In this document: positions 33,828 through 45,729 of the stretch, piece after piece
How positions within the stretch are numbered: position 1 is the stretch's first letter
Layout: the number at the start of each line of letters is the position of its first letter
Origin: Octopus sinensis
Taxonomy: Eukaryota
Length of the DNA stretch: 64,000 nt
Direction: 5' to 3'
Assembly: GCF_006345805.1 (NCBI RefSeq)
Contig: NC_042998.1
Span: forward strand, 174,654,001-174,718,000
Made by a program: the position numbers and the translations under genes
The notes under the pieces: generated by a model
Told to the model about the DNA's origin: nothing
Database searches by the model: none
What the model saw: only the letters and a program-made list of their open reading frames with translations

Positions 33828-34617
33828 ATCAAGTTGAGATATGACCCCACGATATAAAAACCTATTTTGAAGACTTTCTAGCAACTATTACTAAGTTCTG
33901 TTCTGAGAATTTCTTCCTTGATTTGTGTATTTCTTGCTTTTCTTTGTTTTTGTTTTTCCTCATATTCTCTGTGTACTTTAACGCTACTCTTACCTGAAAT
34001 GTCATGTGTCTCTTCTCTTCAATAGCCTTTCTATTAATATTTAACATATATTACCTTGTCTCTTCATTTCAGGGTATTTGAGACAACAATTTGTCACTCA
34101 AGATTTATCAACAAGAAGCTAATGAAGAATAATACAGATTGGAAAATAACATCAAGAAAAATGTGACACATTAAAAGAAAGTGTATGTAGTTCAGTGTAT
34201 AGCTTAATGTCTTTGTGAAATGGTTATTTTTTAAAAATTTAAAAGATGGTTTATTAATGCGTAATGTCTTATATAAACGGTTATATCTTGAGAACTGGAG
34301 CCAATAGCACCATTTATGGTTGCTGATTTTTATTGATAAGAATATAATCCATTATAAGAATTGACTTCATTTGCAAATGAACTGTGAGAGTTTTTCATTA
34401 TATCTGAACGTATCTGGAGATGGCTTTTCTATTATGTATCAGGTTAATAGACTACAGTTTGGACCACATTTTGAATTTATTACCTTGTGAACTGTAGTTT
34501 AACATATTTAGCTCACTGAGATCTTGTCTCATAGACAGACACCTCAGTATTGCAAAATATAAAGAGTTCCAGGAAGAAATATAAATGTGTTTCATGTGGT
34601 AAAGTTTTGATGATATT

Positions 34618-36159
34618 ATGGAAGAAAAATTGTCTAAAAGTCAGATTTGTGATGAAATACAATCTAATAATGGTCAACCACAGGTAGATATAGAGAAACA
34701 ATCATACACATGTGACATTTGTGGAAAGACATTCTCTGAGAATCATGTTTTCATTTCTCACAAGTGTAAGCAATCAGGTGAGAAACCATACCTTTGTGAT
34801 AGCTGTGGTAAAAGATTCTCATACAGGTGTGAATTTATTTCACATATACGCATGCACACGGGTGAAAAACCATTCTGCTGTGACACCTGTGGTAGAACAT
34901 TTACACACAAGAGTACATTAACGAACCATAAACGAATTCATCCTGATGAGAAACCATTCCACTGTGATATTTGTGGTAAAGCATTCTCTGAAAGTGAAAC
35001 GTTAACTCGTCATGTCCGTGTTCATGCAGGTGAGAAACCATACCAATGTGATATCTGTAGCAAAGCATTCTCACATAAATGTAAATTAATATACCATATG
35101 CGTATTCACACAGGTGAAAAACCATATTGCTGTGATACCTGTGGTAAAACATTCTCACAAAAGGGTAAATTAATTAATCATAAACGTATTCACACAGGTG
35201 AGAAGCCATACCATTGTGATATTTGTGGTAAAACATTTTCTGAAAGGGGAACACTAACTGGTCATATTCGTATTCATACAGGTGAAAAACCATTCCACTG
35301 TGATATTTGTGGTAAATCATTTACACACAATGTTCATTTGACTCATCACAAAAACAGCCATTCTACTGAGAAACCTTACCTTTGTGACACCTGTGGCAAA
35401 TCATTCTCACACAGAAGCACTTTTAGTTCTCATAAACGTATTCATACAGGTGAGAAACCGTACCATTGTGATATCTGTGGAAGAGCCTTTACTCACACTG
35501 GAGCACGATCTCTACATAAACGTATTCACACTGGTGAAAAACCATTCCATTGTGATATCTGTGGAACAGCATTTTCTCGGAATGCCATGCTGATTCAGCA
35601 CAAGCGTACTCACACAGGTGAGAAACCATATTCTTGTGATATCTGCGGCAAAACATTTACTAGGAGTGCACATGTCACTTACCATAAACAGAGCCACACT
35701 GATGAGAAACCACATCATTGTGAAATCTGTGGTGAAACATTCCCTGAAACTGGAATATTAAGCCATTATAAAAGTGTTCACCCAGGTGAGAATCCATTTC
35801 ACTGTGATACCTGTGGCAAAACATTCTCAGACAAGTACAGCTTAACTTGTCATAAACCTATTCACACTAATATAAAAGTTGATGCTAAGCATAGTCCTAA
35901 AGATGAGAAACCATATCATTGTGATGCTTGCGGTCAGACATTCAAACAGAGTTCTGCATTAACGTCTCATGTACGTACACATACAGGTGAGAAACCATAC
36001 CCCTGTGATATCTGTGGTAAATCATTTGCACGGAAAGGTGGATTATCAGCTCATAAACGTATTCACACTGGTGAGAAACCATATCACTGTGATATTTGTG
36101 GTAAAACATTCTCACACAAAAGTAATCTAACTGTCCACCAGCTCATTCATATAAGTTAG
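34618..36159 (+). CDS. C2H2 zinc-finger protein, 513 aa, ~17 fingers (two atypical); cluster gene 2
   Basis: Uninterrupted tandem C2H2/TGEKP ORF; closest paralog of gene 1. Confidence 0.95.
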   Translation: MEEKLSKSQICDEIQSNNGQPQVDIEKQSYTCDICGKTFSENHVFISHKCKQSGEKPYLCDSCGKRFSYRCEFISHIRMHTGEKPFCCDTCGRTFTHKSTLTNHKRIHPDEKPFHCDICGKAFSESETLTRHVRVHAGEKPYQCDICSKAFSHKCKLIYHMRIHTGEKPYCCDTCGKTFSQKGKLINHKRIHTGEKPYHCDICGKTFSERGTLTGHIRIHTGEKPFHCDICGKSFTHNVHLTHHKNSHSTEKPYLCDTCGKSFSHRSTFSSHKRIHTGEKPYHCDICGRAFTHTGARSLHKRIHTGEKPFHCDICGTAFSRNAMLIQHKRTHTGEKPYSCDICGKTFTRSAHVTYHKQSHTDEKPHHCEICGETFPETGILSHYKSVHPGENPFHCDTCGKTFSDKYSLTCHKPIHTNIKVDAKHSPKDEKPYHCDACGQTFKQSSALTSHVRTHTGEKPYPCDICGKSFARKGGLSAHKRIHTGEKPYHCDICGKTFSHKSNLTVHQLIHIS

Positions 36160-36161
36160 GG

Positions 36162-36549
36162 GAGGCGCAATGGCCCAGTGGTTAGGGCAGCGGACTCGCG
36201 GTCGTAGGATCGCGGTTTTGATTCCCAGACCGGGCGTTGTGAGTGTTTATTGAGCGAAAACACCTAAAGCTCCACGAGGCTCCGGCAGGGGATGGTGGCG
36301 ATTCCTGCTGTACTCTTTCACCACAACTTTCTCTCACTCTTACTTCCTGTTTCTGTTGTACCTGTATTTCAAAGGGCCGGCCTTGTCACTCTCTGTGTCA
36401 TGCTGAATATCCCCGAGAACTACATTAAGGGTGCACGTGTCTGTGGAGTGCTCAGCCACTTGCACGTTAATTTCACGAGCAGGCTGTTCCATTGATCGGA
36501 TCAACCGGAACCCTCGTCATCGTAACTGACGGAGTGCTTCCATTCCATC
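36162..36549 (+). mobile_element. tRNA-derived SINE family D inserted at the ZNF2 stop codon
   Basis: 14-bp TSD CATATAAGTTAGGG at 36148-36161 and 36550-36563 (includes the TAG stop); A-box TGGCCCAGTGGTTAGG, B-box GTTTTGATTCC; (CATTC)n tail. Confidence 0.9.
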
Positions 36550-36603
36550 CATATAAGTTAGGGACCAGATCATTGTGATATCTGTGGTGAAATATATTCT
36601 TGT

Positions 36604-36793
36604 AAGGTGGTGAGCTGGCAGAAACGTTACCACGCCAGGCGAAATGCGTAGCCGTATTTCGTCTGCCATTATGTTCTGGGTTCAAATTCCACCGAGGTCG
36701 GCTTTGCCTTTCATCCTTTCGGGGTCGATTAAAAAAGTACCAGTTACGCACTGGGGTCGATGTAATCGACTTAATCTGTTTGTCTGTCCTTGT
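36604..36793 (+). mobile_element. SINE family A monomer
   Basis: Head and core as at 3362-3758. Confidence 0.85.
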
Positions 36794-37470
36794 AAATATA
36801 GAACTGTTTTAACTTTAACTTCTATACAACTGAAGACTATAGGCTTTTATAAGAATGTAGACTTTTATAGAGAAAATTAATTACTCATTTACGTAATATT
36901 CATTATTGACTTAAATATGACATTGATGTGACGCCAGACCACCAGTATAGGTCATAAAAATGTGAAAATGTGATTTCACATTGTGTAGCCAGGGGTAGGA
37001 TGAGTTAAATCACTTTACACAGTCCTTTGTCACTTGACATACATCACAACAGATTTAACCAGCCATATCTGTTGTTGTATATGTTTTCATTCATTTATCT
37101 TCATTGTATTTAAGGCAGGATTCCTTTGACATTATAAACTGGCTGCTCTTGTGAAGTTTGTCACAACACTAATCAGTCCTCTCTGCCTCTCTGTTTTCAT
37201 CCAGAGTTATTTTTCCCCTAAGCTGGCATCATTCATTTGTTCCTGTGAGAAAAACCTTATCACTGTTGCAAGGAGGCACTATAAGACATAGGGTTTCTAT
37301 GACAGGAATGAAGCATATTAAAGCTAGATTTTGGAGAGAGAAAATTCCTTTGACAGTAATGTACAACAGTTTAATTGATAGCAATAAGAACAAATTATGT
37401 TATGATGAAATAATACTCAAATTTCTTCAGAGAAAATCATAAGACACAGCTGCTTCCTAACACTTTATAA

Positions 37471-37772
37471 TCATCATCATCATCATCATCATCATCTTCA
37501 TCATCGTTTAACGTCTGTTTTCCGTGCAAGCACGGGTTGGACAGTTCGACTGGGGTCTGGGAAGCCAGAAGGCTGCACCAGGCTCCAGTCTGATCTGGCA
37601 GTGTTTCTACAGCTGGGTGCCCTTCCTAACGCCAACCACTCCGTGAGTGTAGTGGGTGCTTTTTACGTGCCACTGGAACAGGTGCCAGGGGAGGCTGGCA
37701 GTGGCCACGATCAGTTGGTGCTTTTTACATGCCACCGGCACAGAAACCAGTCAAAGCGGCGCTGACATTGTC
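37471..37772 (-). mobile_element. RTE 3' UTR-derived repeat (family C)
   Basis: (CAT)n tail and family C body. Confidence 0.88.
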
Positions 37773-38639
37773 ATTTATAATATCACATATGTTACATTTT
37801 GCAAAACTTTTCATAAAACTTCAAAATAGTTCTCATACCACATTCTTCCAACATTTCTCTAATAAAACCTGACTGAAGTTGAAATCTGTTTTTGTAAATT
37901 TTGTTGCAAAAATCTTCCACAATGCAGATATTAAGCTGAATGTAAACAACTTGTATATGTTGATATAACCATTAACTTGGTTAAATTTTACTGTAAATTA
38001 TAAAAACTCTTCTGTCCTTTGTATTTCTACATTACATAAATGCATGAACCCCTGACATACCCGCACTATTTTGAACTGATAGTTCATCTGAAGTAATTTA
38101 TTTCCTTGGATTGTAGTTATATTGATTTGTTAACCTTATTGTCATCATTACTTCATTTCTGCAAAAATAAACATGTATTTTGAAGTTGAGGCAGTTGACA
38201 TCTCACACTTGGAATGCCTTCTTTGTGTTCTATTTTTTACAATGTGCAGCCTTATAGCAATTTAAACCTGGGATACAGTTAAATGATATTTTTACTTGGA
38301 ATGTGACACAAGAGAAACCAACAACCTAATGGTATGCATTACAACTGTGCATGTAATTTTTTAAAATTTATGCTTGTGTGTCTGAACCTACATACAAACA
38401 TAGATACATTGTCTAACATCTGTTTTTTCATACTAGCTTGAGGTACACAAAGGGGTTATTTTGTGGCAGTGTTATACAACTAGGTGCATTTCCTGTTGCC
38501 AACCCTTACTTGTTTTCAAATAAAGGATGTTTTTTTTTTGTCATAATGTCAACACTACCACCAGTTCACTCAAGTCGTAACGATGAGGAATATCAGCACT
38601 CTAGCACATTTGCATGCACACATACATACCAAGCCTGCA

Positions 38640-38830
38640 TTGGTATGAGCATGTGATGCAAATGAAGGAAGACGGATATGTAAAGAAATGTTATGAGCTC
38701 AAATGAATGGAGCTGAGGAAGACATGGGCAAAGTGGTGAACAGAGAGCTGAAGTTGTTGCATCTCATAGAGGAAATGGAAAAGGGCTGTACTAACTGGTG
38801 ACATGATGTGTGTGAAGAGATCCATGACAA
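38640..38830 (+). mobile_element. Degenerate RTE ORF C-terminus
   Basis: Resembles 61370-61540 (EDGYVKKC...KTW..VV...L..L.L..EM); frameshifted. Confidence 0.5.
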
Positions 38831-38859
38831 AACATTGAAATTGTGTATGTATATATATA

Positions 38860-39085
38860 ACGGGAAGGTTTACGAAAATAAACAAAAGACGAAGGCAGGT
38901 TTACGAAAATAAACAAAAGACGAAGGCAGGTGGAGTACAAACAAACAATGTATTCGTATGGCGCTCAGGAATAGAAATAAAACAAGTCTTTTACGTTTCG
39001 AGCCTACGCTCTTCGACAGAAAGATACACAGAAAAGAAACAAGGAGAGAAAAAAATTGCGTGTAGGGGCTAACGATCCAACATAG
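38860..39085 (-). mobile_element. Probable Penelope pseudo-LTR fragment with a hammerhead-like motif
   Basis: Adjoins a short (TA)n; internal ~31-bp tandem duplication at 38868-38929; carries the motif at 38987-39024. Confidence 0.5.
38987..39024 (-). ncRNA. Minimal type I hammerhead-like motif with variant core
   Basis: Minus strand: UCUUU / CUGUCGA-A / GAGC-GUAG-GCUC / GAA-ACGU-A / AAAGA. Stems I and II are perfect and stem III is palindromic ACGU, but A6 is U and there is one extra A. Confidence 0.55.
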
Positions 39086-39847
39086 ACTGATATGCGTGTG
39101 TATACATGTGTGTGTTGTAAATATTTTAAAGAAAGCCTTTAATGCAGGTGAATAGTCAGACAAAATATGTAAAGTAATGCCAATGAAGTCAAGATACTAT
39201 ATCAATCCGCATAAGTTGTTTAAAGCTTCCTCATATCAAATATTTTGAAAATAAATCAGTTCAGAGAAGTGTTATTATCAGCAGGTCATTCTGAGGTCAC
39301 AAAATATCCAAGTGGCTTGCGAATAGCAAAACATCATGTGAAGGATACTAGAAAACTGCAAATCTTACCTTAACAGCAGTCTGTGTATATGCATGCAAAT
39401 GTGCTAGAGAAAAGAATTATGTTGAAGAACTTCTTTCATCCCGGGGCCTACCTAAACTTAAAAGAGAGTTTCTTTTCCCTCTGCCTTCGTGAGCACAGGC
39501 ATACTTTAGTGAACTGGTTAGCCATATGATAGATATGCTCATTCGTTTTCTCTCCATTGATATTTCCTTAACTGTTATGTGAGGAACTAATGTAAGTTTT
39601 ATCCCACCTCATACCCAGCTTTGATACATAAAGCCTATACATACAACTACATGCATATATGCATGTTTTAAAATGGTTTTAAAATTAAACTTCCCCTCAC
39701 TACCCATGCTTCTATCCCACTCCAAACTCAGCTACAGCCAAAATATCTTGTGGAATAGTGCAAACTTTATTGATCACCAAAATCTCAATCCAAGGGGCTT
39801 AACTCCGATGAACTAAATATTCTTTCTCTTTGGGATATGATCTAGAT

Positions 39848-40547
39848 CAAGGGTCCCTCGGGACCCCTAGGGGTCGGTGAGCAATTACAGAGGGTCGATG
39901 ATAGCCAAGGGGTCGGTGTGCGAAAGACCAGCTCACCCAGGTGAACTGCTTGAAATACTTAGCGCCATGAAACGTTGGAAAACATAACTTTTCACAGTAC
40001 CGACAAGTCTGCTATTGCTAACGTTCGAAGATTGAGAAGTGTGATTGGGATGCGGATTGTCAAGTGTATGCTTATAAAAATTGCCTGAACCTAGAGAAAC
40101 GAAGTAATTTGAGACTGAAACTGACCAACATTCAGCCTGATATCAATGTCTTGATTCAGGATCACCATATTCATCCCTCACATTGATGTTGTCATTTTCA
40201 ATAAAAGATATTCCAGCAATATGATGCGTTTTTCACATTTTCTAACCGTGAAAACAATTTCATAAAAATTAAAAGTTTAATACTGTATACTCGTACATGT
40301 AGTTTTAAATGTAAAAAGTGAGTCTTCTTCAATAGAATTTCTTAATTTGTCGTACATGTATATTTTAGCTAACATTTTAATTGCCAGCATCAGTACCCGG
40401 TACACATTTAAGATATGGTACGATAGGATAAGGTATTAAGTATTTTAAATGAGGGGGTTGGTCGATGCAGGAGAAGTGGCTAAAGGGGGTTGATGCGGAA
40501 GAAGTGGCTAAAGGGGGTCGAAGGTCGAAAAAGTTTGGCGACCCAAG
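39848..40547 (+). mobile_element. Internally deleted hAT (Charlie/Buster-like) element
   Basis: Transposase C-terminus NLRLKLTNIQPDINVLIQDHHIHPSH*; right end AAGTTTGGCGACCCAAG; candidate 8-bp TSD ATCTAGAT / ACCCAGAT (6/8); ~28-bp tandem duplication near 40464-40519. Confidence 0.7.
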
Positions 40548-41006
40548 ACCCAGATGGTTTCGTTCATGATTTTTTTTTTTTTTTTTGCGTTTTTGGATTT
40601 GACGCTTTCAGAACCCCGCTGGTAAAGAGTCCAAAGTATACTAATCCAATTCAGTTATTTCTGATGATAGATTTGACTCTCCATTTTGGCATAGTTATCA
40701 TGAGATATATAATATGGTAAATGAGATTATATATATATATTCTTATTTTCGCCATTATCAGTGTCATCGTCATTATCATGATTGGTGCAATCAATCGTTG
40801 GCAGGCTACTCAAGATATAGGCTGTCACCAATTGCCGCTTGTCCCTTTCCTCTATCACTTGCAGAAGATCCGCGGTTTTGAAACCTGCCTGGTCTTAAGT
40901 GTTGTGAAACAGGACCGAGGCTCTTTTTTTTTTTCCATCTGCCTCTTTCTCCTTCCTTCAACTGTACCTCAGAGAATGTTTTTGAACGAGTCTAAAACCA
41001 GAGGTG

Positions 41007-41295
41007 TGTAGGCGTTGACAAGCTGACCAGATATAGAGGGCGTTACGCAACATTAAGGTTCAGACACTCATCTCTTCCTTTTTCTGCACTGGGACTCGAG
41101 CTGTGTGGACGCAACCTGACTGTCTCTCTCTCATACTACACGCCAGCTTGCAGATAGAAACATAGCACAGAAGACCATGGCCTTTATGCACCACCAATTC
41201 CATTTATCATTCCGTTGTGTATATACGTGTGGCCACAATAAACGTGTTTAAAGTTACAACCTTGCTTATATGTTCATCTACCGAACGAGATTACA
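41007..41295 (+). mobile_element. Possible LTR
   Basis: TGTA...TACA termini, AATAAA ~50 nt before the 3' end; no TSD or PBS found. Confidence 0.35.
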
Positions 41296-42228
41296 GCCTT
41301 CTGAGCGGAGTCACATTAGGTGACTCAACATGAACCTACCCATCTATAGGTGTTTTGTCAGCCTATATACTTGGTGACTTGCTACCTAGAATGCCTTTTG
41401 TCTTGCACTCTATGTACAAGATGAGTAACAACCTTCTGAACCGTTTGTTGTCAAACGTTTGCTTTTGACTCTTTTATTGATCCACTGTACCTGTTCAGAG
41501 TAGATCGAAGGTATGTGGTCTTATCCAAGTTTTTGACCATTCAGCTCCAAGTTGGTTACTGGTTATGGCTATTGATAACAATTTTGCTTTGCCCTTACTT
41601 CTATTTCGCATGCTGCTGTTGCTCTTTCCAAGCTCGTGGTGAATTTCCGAAGTTGTTTTCCGATGCCCTCTATTAGTCTGATATTGTAAGCACAACTCTG
41701 ATTGAATATGTACCGTCTTCTGATGGAAATCGAAATGTGCAAGTCATGTAGTGTCTCCTGCATGAAATTTCCCAGGAAAATGTTAAAGGTGGAGAAGAAG
41801 GCAGCTTAGATGAACTCTAACTATTGTCATTAAGTCTCTAATGTTAAGAAAAACCTTTTTGCTCGTTAAAATTGTCGTGATAATCTGATAATCTGGTGAC
41901 TATGATCTTTGTGAACATCTGAAGGTGCATGGAGCAACAGTTACTCAAATCTTCCCTATTATTCTTCTTATAAAGTGAGATATTTTACTCTTTCCACTGT
42001 GAGAGAATTTTTCTTTCTTTTAAATGCCATTCCACAGTTGCTGTCTTCATTTCGGTTGTTTTAACATATTATCATGGGGTTTTATATTTTTCGTCATCAG
42101 TAATAAAACATTCTTAATTTTACTGGCCAGAATGGGTGGCACCTCTTACCACACTTGTGGCGCTGGAAGAGTGAGTATCAATGGTGAAGATTAGTGTAAA
42201 AGATTTCACAAACTCCCTCAATCTCCCT

Positions 42229-42372
42229 TCTGAGTTCAAATTCCGCCGAGGTCGACTTTGCCTTTCAGGGTCGATTAAATAAGTACCAGTTACGCACTGG
42301 AGTCGATGTAATCGACTTAATCCGTCTGTCTGTCCTCTCTGTGTGTAGCCCCTTGTGGGCAGTAAAGGAATA
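42229..42372 (+). mobile_element. SINE family A, 5'-truncated
   Basis: Core and tail match other copies, with small internal deletions. Confidence 0.8.
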
Positions 42373-42399
42373 ATTATTTATATAATTAGAACAAATCGT

Positions 42400-43045
42400 T
42401 ATTACTACATCAACATCATCTACCTTGTCGACCACAATCACCTGTATCTTCACTGGCATACCTTCTATCACCATTTCCACCATACAGATGCCTTTACACC
42501 TTACCTCCCTCTCGTCAATTACCTTTAAACTGGCTATTCTTCCCCAGTTTCCTGATCATTATAGCCTTTGTGCAGTCTGTGTTCACGAGGGCCCTTACTT
42601 CTCTTCCCTCACCAGAACCCTTTTTACAGGCAGTGAATGTAGGCGTACCTCTACTTCGTTGACAGGGCAATTTCCAACGCAATAGTTTCCCTGACTTCAG
42701 TAGATCGCTATATGACGAACCTGGTCACAACGGTAGCAAACCACTTTGAACTTCAAATGTTTTCAGTCACTGACCGTGTGTGGGCCTCGACACCTGAAGT
42801 ACAGTCCTTTGATAGTCTGTCAGCTCTTCTTGTTCTCCTGTCTTCGCCATTCATTGCTTGCCACATTACTTTACTAGGCCCCCACCGTCATTGCTGCAAC
42901 ATTACCTTGTCATTCTACACCCACACTCTTATTCTGTCCTTCAAGTTGCACACTGTTATCATCTCAATGCCGGATTGCAGCTTCATCAAGACATGGTCGG
43001 AGTAACCAACCGCAAACGCCAGTTTGACCACTTTCTCCAGCGCTT
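42400..43045 (-). mobile_element. Gypsy-like LTR retrotransposon gag-protease remnant
   Basis: Minus strand: FRCRGPHTVSD* and VCYRCDQVRHIA.Y* (two decayed CCHC knuckles), then VRALVNTDCT (decayed aspartic-protease motif) ...VEMVIEGMPVKIQVIVVDKV. Confidence 0.7.
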
Positions 43046-43126
43046 CGTTGGAAAATAATTAACACCAATTTATGTATTGGCCTTAATCGCAAATTGAGAT
43101 GTCACATTTACTATATTTGAATTTCT

Positions 43127-43533
43127 GGATCTTTTCGGTTTGAACAGCAGTTTTTCTAGCGGTGTCATATGAAATTGTCACCCATAATTATGACCTTAGT
43201 ATCGATCTATTGCATTTCAATTTGTTTTAGGGTTAGGGTTAGGGGTGGGAGGAAGGGAATCTTTTTTTCTTCAGAAATGTAAATAAACCCAATCGGTTTC
43301 TTAAACGAGGGACATATTCATACGGCACAGAATGTTTTCACCTCAATAGACGTCATTGATTGGTTGAAATTGCAGAAAAAAAGCAACAGATATCTTACAA
43401 ACTATAGAATTTTCTCAATAAAGCCAAGAGAAAAAGATGTTTTATAAACACATTCTACCAGTATACGAAGTTTAAAAGTGTTTAGTTGCGTGGAAATTAT
43501 TTTTAAAAACTGCCGTTCAAACCGAAAAGATCC
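43127..43533. mobile_element. MITE with 29-bp TIRs starting GGATC and an 8-bp TSD; contains (TTAGGG)3
   Basis: GGATCTTTTCGGTTTGAACAGCAGTTTTT / AAAAACTGCCGTTCAAACCGAAAAGATCC; TSD GAATTTCT / GAATTGCT. Confidence 0.85.
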
Positions 43534-44239
43534 GAATTGCTTTTCATTTTAAGCTATATTCTTAAACTATGTGCTGTGTGATTATTATTGTATTGTTCTC
43601 CCAATAATATCGGAAAAGTGTATTTTAAATAGGTGTGAAGAAAATAACAAGGAAAAAGTACATATAATCCACTATCGTTGTTATTCCTAAAATTATATGT
43701 TTTACTTTCTAACAGACTAATGTCACATAATGCAAGGCAGTTTGACTAAATCGGTTTCGGCCTAGTGTCATTTATAAGCAGTTTCAACTTAAATTATGTA
43801 AATCATGCATCTGCTTCTTCAAGATTATTAAGGTTTTAATGTTTATCAACTCCTCCTTACTAGAGATGCTAATTTTCCCCGCAAATTAGTTGTTTGCAAG
43901 AATTAAAATAATTATACAACAAAAACGTATGTGGTCCAGTAAACTGGGCACAGTAATCAGCTGAGATCCTCGATTGTCTGTTATAGCTGTATCATGGTTA
44001 GCAACGTTATCAAAGCAACACACGAAAACTAAACGGAAGATGGAGACACCAGACACATTTTATTCAGTTCCATCGTTTACTGCACGCAATAGAATACAGG
44101 ACGAAAAAATCTGTAAGGAAGAAAAGATGGAACCAACACACTAATGCGGCGGTCAGTTTTTTAATTAAACACAGTTAAAAGGTTCTCAATGTCAAGAACA
44201 AGCTTGATGTTTAGCAAATTTATCAAGGTTTATAAAATC

Positions 44240-44455
44240 TATTCCTTTACTACCCACAAAGGGGCTAAACACAGCGGGGACAAACAAGGACAGACACACG
44301 GATTAAGTCGATTACATCGACCCCAGTGTGTAACTGGTACTTATTTAATCTATCCCGAAAGGATGAAAGGCAAAGTCGACCTCGGCGGAATTTGAACTCA
44401 GACGAAATACGGCTACGCATTTCGCCCGGCGTGCTAACATTTCTGCCAGCTCGCC
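44240..44455 (-). mobile_element. SINE family A monomer
   Basis: Head, core and tail present. Confidence 0.88.
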
Positions 44456-44599
44456 AGAAAACTGCAAATTTGTAAAGTTGGAAAGAAAGCCGCCTATAAA
44501 AAGATGTACCAGTGGTTGGTCATAGATTTTTTTTTTAATGTACAAAAAAGATAAACATTGTAAATAATGCATCTAATAAAAGAACCACTTGTGTATAAA

Positions 44600-44960
44600 C
44601 GTATGTCTTTTTCTTTGTAACGTTGAAATATAAAAATGAATGAGGAACCGCTGAAACTTTTTACGAAAGCAGCGCTACCAGTTTGTTTGATTAATTAGGT
44701 CTTCCTTAAATCAGTTTGTTCTGCTGTTTTGTGTTGTGTTGTTATTTCTGCCCTCTCTGTTCTTTAGAATCGTTTCAGTTAATATATAAGAAAGACAAAG
44801 AAAACAGTAAGTGAACCTGTTAACAGTTCTTTATTTTAAAGATTATATATATCTTGGAAATTCTAGCGAAAAATATGTCTACTCCCGAATATTTTTATTT
44901 GGGCCTACTGAACGAGAGAAATAGATAAACAAGAAGGGCTACTTTCGATGGGGACCGCCT
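44600..44960 (+). promoter_or_regulatory. Candidate promoter and first exon of ZNF gene 3 (donor at 44807)
   Basis: Homologous to 12610-12830 and 53575-53940 (TTTTACGAAA, AAAACA|GTAAGTGAACCTGTTA, TTTATTTGGGCC, AGGGCTACTTTCGAT). Confidence 0.55.
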
Positions 44961-45676
44961 TTCTATCAAAACAAATATTGCATCGAATACTGACTAAAAT
45001 TTCAGATGGAAAGAAAATTTTATTTTTCTCTGCATTCGTGGTGAATATTTGAATGTATTATATTTATAGTATTCTATTATGAATTTATAAACGTATCCAG
45101 TCAGCATCTCCACAACTGTCTACCAAGTCTGTAGATATCATGCCAATGTTGTTTTGCTTGCACGGTGAGAAGATGATTTAAGGTGATTATCAGCTCGATG
45201 TCAGTAACTGCTTTATATTGTGTCGCTTGGATACCGTTAGAAAACTACGGTACAACTGAGTAGTTGATGTCTGAAATTTTGAACTTTTGTGGAGTTATTG
45301 TAAACACAACAGAATATTTTGGTGGGGCACAATGGGTAATATTTTTAATTTTCAAGAAAAAGATTTTTTATAAATGTTTACCACCTTACGAAAACTATAT
45401 CAGCCAAGCTAATTACTTTCTAAATGAATCATTAACACTATAACATAACCAGAACTCTATTTCAGAAAACCATATTCGCTCTCTTTGAGCATTCAAGAGA
45501 TAAATTTACATGGGGCAAAATGGGTAATACAAAGTAAGATAAATTTGCCTTTTCAATTCTTTAGAATTACATTTTACGAAAAGACTCGTACACGTCAGTA
45601 TCCATCCTTAGACATCAGAAATGCAACAAAAAATTTAAGATATCTTGGTCAGAAAGAGGGTCTTGGGAAAATAGTA

Positions 45677-45729
45677 CATCATCATCATCGTTTAACGTCC
45701 GTTTTCCGCGCTAGCACGGGTTGGACGGA
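45677..45729 (-). mobile_element. Very short family C 3' end
   Basis: (CAT)n plus GTTTAACGTCCGTTTTCC; possible TSD GTACAT. A similar stub lies at 47752-47785. Confidence 0.8.

Noticed and set aside
34940-34960. CTGATGAGAAAC in ZNF2 as a hammerhead core
   Set aside because: It encodes PDEKP in a finger linker; no flanking stems.
36162-36235. Possible tRNA genes here and at 24472-24545
   Set aside because: A and B boxes are present, but there is no closed cloverleaf or terminator; each continues into a SINE body, and the 36162 copy has a TSD.
41296-41790. Integrase or pol remnant next to the LTR-like segment
   Set aside because: No convincing catalytic motif in any frame; no PBS or clear PPT.
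43227-43244. Interstitial telomere or chromosome fusion site
   Set aside because: Only three hexamers, inside a MITE.
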